Assembly (NCBI RefSeq): GCF_001194135.2
Contig: NC_068997.1
Span: 38,555,634 to 38,610,711 of the forward strand
Direction of reading: 5' to 3'
Source: Octopus bimaculoides
Taxonomy: Eukaryota
DNA length: 55,078 nucleotides
Shown: positions 47,601-55,078 of the stretch, one piece after another
How the letters are laid out: each line of letters begins with the position of its first letter
Numbering within the stretch: the stretch's first letter is position 1
Position numbers and translations under genes: made by a program
The notes under the pieces: generated by a model
Databases searched by the model: none
What the model saw: only the letters and a program-made list of their open reading frames with translations
Told to the model about the DNA's origin: nothing

Positions 47601-48758
47601 CCGTCTGACTGTGATGCCTTGCCCCGATTTGTGGCTGAACAAGTTGGAAAGAATCCTTTTCCAGTCTTTGTGGAAGGGAGGAAAGCTACTCGTGAAGCGC
47701 TCTGTCTGCTGCCAGAAACCGCTAAAGNNNNNNNNNNNNNNNNNNNNNNNNNNNNNNNNNNNNNNNNNNNNNNNNNNNNTTGGCAATTGGATCAAGCAGA
47801 GACCTAGGCTGGGGGACTGGCAATTGGAATGCCGACTGGCACTTCAGCTACTCTCTCGGGCGGGCAATGCCGGCAACAAGAATTCCACTGTGGATTTTTA
47901 TAGTGGGTTAGTGGGATTTAGGTCCGAAGACGCCTAGGGGGAGACCCTGGGCTACGATGAAAATCAGTTGACCAACCTGTTCAGGAGAACTTTACGGTCG
48001 GGGTATCTGGACAATTACCAGAAATCCCTGGCTTGGCAGTGCTTCCGTGCGGCGTTACCTGTTCGTGATAAACTGTCAAGGCATGGAAGTGCCGTATCGC
48101 CGACATGTCCGATCTGCAGGCAGATCAGGGAAACCATCTTGCACGCAAACATGGAATGTCCGGAATTAATGAGACTGATAGTTTTCGCAGAACAACTGTT
48201 GTCATCGATGAGAAGAGTACAGCTATCAGCTGAATCTATCATCGAGATTGTGCCGCCTCCTTCCCTCAACAGGGAAAGGAAGGCTTGCTTTTCCTGCGTA
48301 GTAGCCATACTGAAAGAAACAGTATGGAAGATGCGTGTAAGAGGCATAGTGACGGATACCTTTGTATCTGGCCAGGGGTTAGTTAACTTTTTTGTTACCA
48401 CCTTAGTAGTAAGATCAGGCTGGAGAAGAGGTATCTGTCACGAGACAGATTCATGAGAAGATGGAAGCTTGTGGTGAGGAAGCTGGGAGTGTCTGGCACC
48501 AGGTAAGTGGGAGCCAAAAACAAGGGAAAGAAAAAGCAAGGGGTCTACCCTGGTGGTCGGATGCCTGTCCTTCAGGAAAGCCATTACAAATTGCATCTGT
48601 AATGAGCAATACTTCAATCGAACATTGTAAATAATTTTTATTGTGTATTTAAAATTGTAAATATTTAATCGATACAGCTTCTTCACCCCTTTTATGTTTG
48701 TCTGTCCTTGTTTGTCCCCTCTTTGTAATGCCTTTATGGCAAATATTTATGAAATAAA
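44640..48758 (+). mobile_element. L1/Tx1-clade LINE: ORF1 3' end plus nearly complete ORF2 (APE-RT-zf)
   Basis: LGCLNVRGL, VATETK, LGDYN, SYLDRI, YTDHRMV (APE); KSPGLDGLP, NFRPITLLNTELKILAK, QTCAIPGRTIHDNL, AYADD (RT); AWQCFRAALPVRDKL..CPICRQIRETILHANMEC (zf-RVT); AATAAA at 48753-48758. Confidence 0.95.
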
Positions 48759-49122
48759 GAAGCTTGCTTACCAACCACATTGTTCTGGGTTCAGTCTCAT
48801 TGCATGGCACCTTGGACAGGTGTATTCTACTATAGCATCAGGCCGACCAAAGCCTTGTGAGTAGTTTTGGTAGATGGAAACTGAAAGAAGCCTATCATGT
48901 ATATATGTATGTATCGTTGTGTCTGTGTTTGTGCCCCACCAACACTTGAGAACCAGTGCTGTGTGTTTGTATCCCATGACCTAGTGGTTTGGCAAAAGAT
49001 ACTGATAGAATAAGTACCAGGCTAAAAAAAAAAAAAAGCACTAAGGTCAATTCATTTGCCTAAATATTCTTCAAGGTGCCCCAGCATGGCCGCAGCCTAA
49101 TCACGTAAACAATTAAGATAAA
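48759..49122 (+). mobile_element. SINE family A
   Basis: agaagcttgcttaccaaccac...gtgccccagcatggccgcagcc. Confidence 0.85.
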
Positions 49123-49685
49123 AGATTACGTTCACATAATTTAAGGTTAACACAAAAGATCTCCATAAATATGCAGCAGTGTGCTGTTATGTCATCTTGT
49201 AATGACGTAGGTAACTAGATAAGATAGGAAACTTTATATGTGATATATTGATCAAACATCCGTCACAGGACTAACTTATACTGAATATTTTAAGATATGC
49301 TTGTTTAAATAAAACAATAACTCATGATTTTAGAACTACAGGGAAGTAACTCCAGACATTACAGTGCTACAGCTTGGCTTTGCTATAATTAAGGCTTATT
49401 TTTGCCCTTTCTCAATAACATATTAAAGAATTCAGATTGTATGGCTACATGGTTAAATTCAATTCACAATACCATTGTTCTGCATTCAGTTCCAATGTAA
49501 CAACATTCCACTTTAACCTCAACACAAAATTCAATGTTAGTTACAGTGTACCTGTTTTTCAGTCGTAGACTTAATCCTTTAGCATTTAAACTGGTCATAT
49601 CCAGCCAAAATATTCTCCCTGTTTTATGTTCAAGCTGGTCAGATCTGGCCTGTCACACCAATCCTACAATATCATTCTAAAAATG

Positions 49686-49844
49686 AACGGCTGTGTGGTA
49701 AGTAGCTTGCTTACCAACCACATAGTTCTGGGTTCAGTCCCACTGTGTGGCACTTTGGGCAAGTGTCTTCTACTATAGCCTCAGGCCAACCAAAGCCTTG
49801 TGAGTGGATTTGGTAGATGGAAACTGAAAGAAGCCCGTCGTATG

Positions 49845-49896
<52 letters not shown>

Positions 49897-50030
49897 CCTT
49901 GCAACATCACTTGATAACCGATGCTGGTGTGTTTACGTCCCCATAAATTAGCAGTTCAGCAAANNNNNNNNNNNNNNNNNNNNNNNNNNNNNNNNNNNNT
50001 GACTGAAACAAGTAAAAGATAAAAGATAAA
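49686..50030 (+). mobile_element. SINE family A nested in the MITE
   Basis: ggctgtgtggtaagtagcttgc head through gactgaaacaagtaaaagat. Confidence 0.85.
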
Positions 50031-50110
50031 AGTTACCTAATCAAAATCTCAAAGCTACAAAGCAATGCATGATTCATTCAAAACAATGTGAATAAATAGG
50101 CATTACTTTT

Positions 50111-50446
50111 GATGGTTAGGGTATCTGGCTTATGATCGTGAGGTCTTTTTGATGGTTAGGGTATCTGGCTTATGATCGTGAGGTCATGAGTTCAATCCCG
50201 GTGACGCATTTTTCCTTAAGCAAGGCACTTTATTTCACGTTGCTCCAATTCACTGAGCTGGCAAAAATGAGTAGTACCTGTATTTCAAAGGGCCAGTTTT
50301 GTCACACCCTGTGTCATGCTGAATCTCTCTGAGAACTACATTAAAGGTACATGTGTCTCTGCCACTTGCATGTTAATTTCATGAGCTGGCTGTTCCATTG
50401 ATAGGATCAACAGAAACCCTTGTTGCCATAAGCAATGAAGTACCAG
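50111..50446 (+). mobile_element. tRNA-derived SINE family D nested in the MITE
   Basis: tggttagggtatctggc (A box) and gagttcaatcccgg (B box). Target duplication acttttga at 50105-50112 and 50447-50454. Confidence 0.75.
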
Positions 50447-50539
50447 ACTTTTGACAGAACAATGTGAATGCTAAAGGTTACTCTATCCCCTTACGGCTTA
50501 ACACTTTAGTAAATTCCATTCTGTTGCAAACATTCAAAA

Positions 50540-50900
50540 AGATCTTGAATCATGGTATCTTCCTTCCTTCACCCCGACCTAGTCTCAGAAGAGTACATCA
50601 AAAAGACTATAGACACTGAAAGAAGAAACACAGTACTATTTTGAAGTACTGAAATAAATTGTATCTGTTGGAAAGTATTTAAGTGCAAGTGGTTTGGCAT
50701 TTAGCAGACATGAAATGAAAAGGAGATTACCAAATAATAGAAATTTAATGGAGCATTAAATATTTTACAGGGGTTACATAAACATCTTGACTAAAAAAAG
50801 TAAATACTACTTACCTTTTAAAAACCATATAAGCAGAATTTCTAGAAATCAAGGAAAACATGTACAAGAAAATGTAAATCGAATTAACAATAATGTCAGT
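50540..50900 (+). mobile_element. hAT transposase fragment (ZMYM1/DUF4371-like region)
   Basis: LKEETQYYFEVLK*IVSVGKYLSASGLAFSRHE...NNRNLME, matching IxxxxxFLaxxGLAFRGH. Confidence 0.65.
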
Positions 50901-51200
50901 ATTGAGTTTACAAGTCATCCAAGGCTAGGCCCCTATATTATATGTTCCCTACTAAAGTTGAGTTCACATCACATAAGAACATTGTGACACAAAATTTTTA
51001 CTTCAAATGGTCCTGCTTTATTCAATGTTATCCTGAAAGAAAAAAAAGTAATAAAAGATCCCACAACATTCAAATGGTACTGGGACAAATTTCTCCAAGA
51101 AATACCAGATAAACCACTAACACCCGGATACATCTCAGCCAACAGCTCTTAGCCCTAGTAGTCTATGGGGTCCCAAAACCTGACTGAAACGACCTCAGGG
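50900..51200 (+). mobile_element. CR1-like LINE 3' coding end
   Basis: HPRLGP...FTSNGPALFNVI...FKWYWDKFLQEIPDKP.TPGY. Confidence 0.6.
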
Positions 51201-51989
51201 CTGATAATGGCTGAAACCAATCTAAGTTGTAAATTATCAACCATGATATCAAATACTACTCTGTTATTGTTGATTTTATGCCTGACTTGATACATGTTGA
51301 CCAGCAGGTAAATGTGTCCCCCCCCCTCGAAACATTTTTTCTATAGAAAATCACTCATCCACGAATATGTCAAAAAAATACAGTAAATTATGGTATGGTG
51401 CAATGAATGAAACTTAAATGCATTTGTGTGGTTGTTGATTATGTAACCATATAAGAATTTGATAAAGAAATGTTGACTATAGCATGCATGTAAACAACAA
51501 TGACAAATAGCATGAGAAATCTTGTCACTTTATATATCAAGCACTGAGAATCATTGCAAATTTTGATCAGTATCTTGACATGGAGAATTTTTTAGATTTC
51601 TTTATTCCATGGCTGAGAGAATGAAAGCTAGAATCCATAATGTTTTTGCAGGGCTTTCAAGACAAGTAAAGGAAAAGAGGGAAAAAAAAATCACAGCTCA
51701 TAAGTTATCCTTAGAAGACCTGATCTAAATTTTTGTAACAAAGGGTATTCTTTTAAATGCAGCCAGGAGTCAGGTGGTTTGGTGGTGGTGTTAAACAGGG
51801 TGATGAAGTAAGTCAGCCATCAAATTAACTGTTAGTTTGCAAATGATGAGCTTTGATAGTTTTCTATCTTCTCGCTCTGAGTTGACTAAGGCTATAACAG
51901 AAGACGCCCAATATACAATGTAGCTGAATCAGACATTGAAGCTCAAGATGCAAAGCAAACTTGTAAACCAAAAAGTTGTGCCAAATATG

Positions 51990-52172
51990 ATGGTGCCAAG
52001 TAAAAACACCAAGTACACTCTGTAAAGTAGATGGTGTCAGGGAGGGTGTCCTGTTGTTGAAATCAAGTCAAAACAGACTATGGAACCCCGTGCGATCCCT
52101 GGTCTTGGCAGTTCCTGTCAAGCTGCCCAACCCATGTCAACATGGAAAACGGACGTTAAATGATGATGATGG

Positions 52173-52203
<31 letters not shown>

Positions 52204-52205
52204 AA
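51990..52205 (+). mobile_element. RTE-tail repeat family C with (GAT)n tail
   Basis: ccaagtaaaaacacc...aacccatgtcaacatggaaaacggacgttaaatgatgatg. Confidence 0.8.
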
Positions 52206-53089
52206 AATTCTCCTTATATTTTCTGTAACTTTTGTTTTTGTTGTTACATGTGGTTTTTATATCTTACTCATTTTTTCTTTTTAGCAAGTCTTCATGAGAA
52301 GATTTGAAATAACACTAACACATTTCTGGCAACCACTCGGCTTCTGATAATATTCTGTATTAACATCTTAAGTTATTTCTATTACGTAAGACAGGTGATG
52401 TTTACCGCGTTAAGTGAATAAGTTGTAAATAGTTAATGGTCTCAACATATCAGAAATACATTTTGTAAATATATAGGACACACACAAACATACACGCACA
52501 CGCACACGCACACACACACACACAGACACGCACACGCACACGCACACACACACACACACACACTCTCTCTCTCTCTCTCACTCACTCATCATTCCTTTTC
52601 AAAGACTGGAATTCACAAACGAATAACTCTTTATATTTTACGCACGTAAAAGGTCAGCAGTACTCTAGACATATTTACTTTCCAATAGAATGTCACTCCC
52701 TTTTCAATCATTTGTCTTTCTCATCGGTCACTTGACAACAGTAGATATTCCTTCATATATTACCTTTTATATGCACTGTTTTCTCTCAATTAGATAGGAC
52801 GTGTATTATATTATTTCTCATTTATTTATTTACTAGCAAATTAAATAGGTCGACAACAGTAGGTATTCTATCAGACACTACTATTGATATGCACTGATTC
52901 CTCTCAATTGGATAGGCCGCAGTTAAAGATGGCTGCTTTTAATATGATTTCACATTTATCTATTTACTAACAAGTTAAATAGGTCAGCTCTACACAATAG
53001 ATTACGTCATTTAAGTGTGAAATTAATTTCTAAGCGTATCTACGACAGAGTATGTGCGTAGGCATATATGTGTGTGCATGGGTGTGTAG

Positions 53090-53126
<37 letters not shown>

Positions 53127-53240
53127 CAGTACAACATACAGAACAGAGTATATAACCAATAGTTATATCTGAATGTTTATTGTTTGAAAAGATGTATCTG
53201 TGCAAAGAAATATAATTACTTTCCCCGCCCGATATCAACG

Positions 53241-53680
53241 ACAGGCGTAGCTGTGTGGTAAGAAGTTTGTTTCGCAACTACATCGGTTCCGAGTCCAGTC
53301 CCATTAAGAGGTACTTTGGGCAAGTGCCTTCTACTAAAGCCACGACCCGACCAAAGCCTTGTAAGCGGATTTGGTAGACAGAAACTGAAAGAGGCCCGTC
53401 ATGTATACATGTGTGTGTGTGTGTGTGTGTGAGTGTGTGTGTGTGTGCGTGTGTGTGCGTGTGCGTGTGCGTGTGTGTGTGCGCGCGCGCGCGTATGTCT
53501 CTGTACCTGTGTTTGTCTCCCACCACCGCTTAAAGACCGGTGTCGGTGTGTCTGCGTCCCTGTAACTTAGTTCAGCAAAACAGGCCTAAAACGAAAATGA
53601 GTACTGGAGTCAATTAGGTCAACTAAAATTCCTCAAGTTAGTGCTCCAGCATGGCCGTAGTCTAATGACTGAAACAAGTG
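53241..53680 (+). mobile_element. SINE family A, full length
   Basis: caggcgtagctgtgtggtaag head, (GT/GC)n, and 3' half to actgaaacaagtgaaaa. Confidence 0.88.
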
Positions 53681-54835
53681 AAAAATATAAGATAACACAG
53701 AGAATATATGAGGAAGTAAAAAGAACTACATTGGTGATATAGTCATGAATTTATTTGTTACATCCTTACATGTGTTTCAGTGATGAATAGATCATGTAGC
53801 AGGGGAAACTGTTAAGATAACTTTTCCCTACAAAATGGCAAGCTTATTTAAATAAATTTTTTCGTCTTTGGCAAGTTGAGATTATTAAGGTAATTAAAGA
53901 TTTTTGTTTATTTCATTGGAAGCATATGTTTAACATAACAAGTGAGTTTGCGTATGTGTGAGCATGTGTTGTTATCAGAATTTGTCTCTTTTATCTTGTA
54001 TAATGCTCACCTCATATTTCTTTGTGCTTGGGTGGCCTTTTGGTAATGTGCTTGGAATTTTGGCAATAAGAAGAGGTCTTTATGAGGTGAGCATTATTAT
54101 GTACTGATGTGTCTTTTAAACTAATTTAAGATTTTTCTTTAATTCATTGGAAAGCAAGTATTGTTTCGATCTATAAGTCTATTAATGTATTCATTTGTAT
54201 ATATGTTGCACTCAAGGTTTGTTTTCTAGTTATTATGTGATATTTTCCAGTAATGCATAGAGAGCAGAATCCAGAACTATTAATAATTGTGTGCATTCTA
54301 TTATTTCCCATTTTATACATATTATTTTCTTTTAACTTTCAGATGAGCTTAGAGTGGGATGTTGCATTTATTTTATGTTTAGTTCAAACCGTGTGGGTAT
54401 TGCACGTTCCTGTCCTTGCGGATTCTACTTATTGCATTGATGTAGTTTGGTTTATCCACCTTGTAATACTGCTGCTTTATAGTCTCTTTGGTTGTAAGTA
54501 GTTTTTATGTAATGGGCTTGTTCTGGTTATAGTGAAGTTGCATGAGTTTGCAGTTATATGCTGCATGTTGCTTAGTATATTGTTGATTAGTGATTGTATG
54601 GTGTATTTCATGTTTTTTTTTGTGCAGTTGTTGCTAACTTTTCTATTATTTCTGTTGAATAGTTTCTGACTTGTATCTTTTAGGAAGCTGATCAATGATA
54701 GATTGGTATGTACCAGTGGCGTGCAGTCTCAGCCATGCAAGCTATGTGCCGCATGTCCTGTTATATAATCGGAAAATTAGATAAAATAATTACTTTCTTG
54801 CAAAAAATAATCCATCCAGTTTTCGAAATATTCTG

Positions 54836-55078
54836 TCTCCCCTTCCCCTCTCTCAGTGACTAGTAAAAGCTTTGAGAATCCAGCATATAGACACTCCCTA
54901 ACTCCCTATCTATGTTAGTTTGTCCTTCCTTCCTTCTCCTCTCTCTCTCTTAGTGACCTGTCAAAAGATATGCTAGGACCGATCTCCCCTTCCCCTCTCT
55001 CAGTGACTAGTAAAAGCTTTGAGAAGGGTATGCAATGAGAATCCAGCATATAAACATTCCTAACTCCCTATCTATGTT
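54836..55078. repeat. Tandem repeat, 147-bp period (two copies, runs off the window)
   Basis: tctccccttcccctctctcagtgactagtaaaagctttgagaa starts at 54836 and again at 54983. Confidence 0.85.

Larger units (their letters stand above)
49571..50481 (+). mobile_element. piggyBac-type MITE split by two SINE insertions
   Basis: TTAAtcctttagcattt start. Sequence matching the 13338 copy resumes at about 50030 and about 50450, ending aatgctaaaggtta. Confidence 0.75.

Noticed and set aside
54253-54501. Hydrophobic 82-aa ORF
   Set aside because: T-rich low-complexity strand bias gives spurious hydrophobic ORFs; no supporting gene structure.

Overview
Eukaryotic (animal) genomic DNA from a fragmented draft assembly: 17 N-gaps, about 5.5 kb in total. 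The SINE, LINE and MITE repertoire looks like an octopod (Octopus) genome; this is my recognition, not a database result. Most of the window is nested transposable-element debris: RTE, L1/Tx1, CR1-like, CRE-like and R4/Hero-like LINEs, Penelope-like pLTRs, a deleted Gypsy element, Tc1/mariner elements, hAT, a piggyBac-type MITE, a Helitron, four SINE-like families and many microsatellites. Only one host protein-coding gene can be assembled. It is a minus-strand, three-exon gene (20253-20237, 16870-16762, 14011-13868) that the ORF track misses. It encodes an 89-aa single-pass membrane microprotein with a mitochondrial-presequence-like N-terminus, and has an NRF1-type promoter palindrome and a poly(A) signal. 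Other main observations: two Penelope-associated minimal hammerhead ribozymes, each inside a long inverted repeat, and a complete-ended but internally deleted Helitron with STPR-like 23-aa repeats nested inside a mariner element. Repeat boundaries are approximate (about +/-20 bp) unless exact junctions are given.
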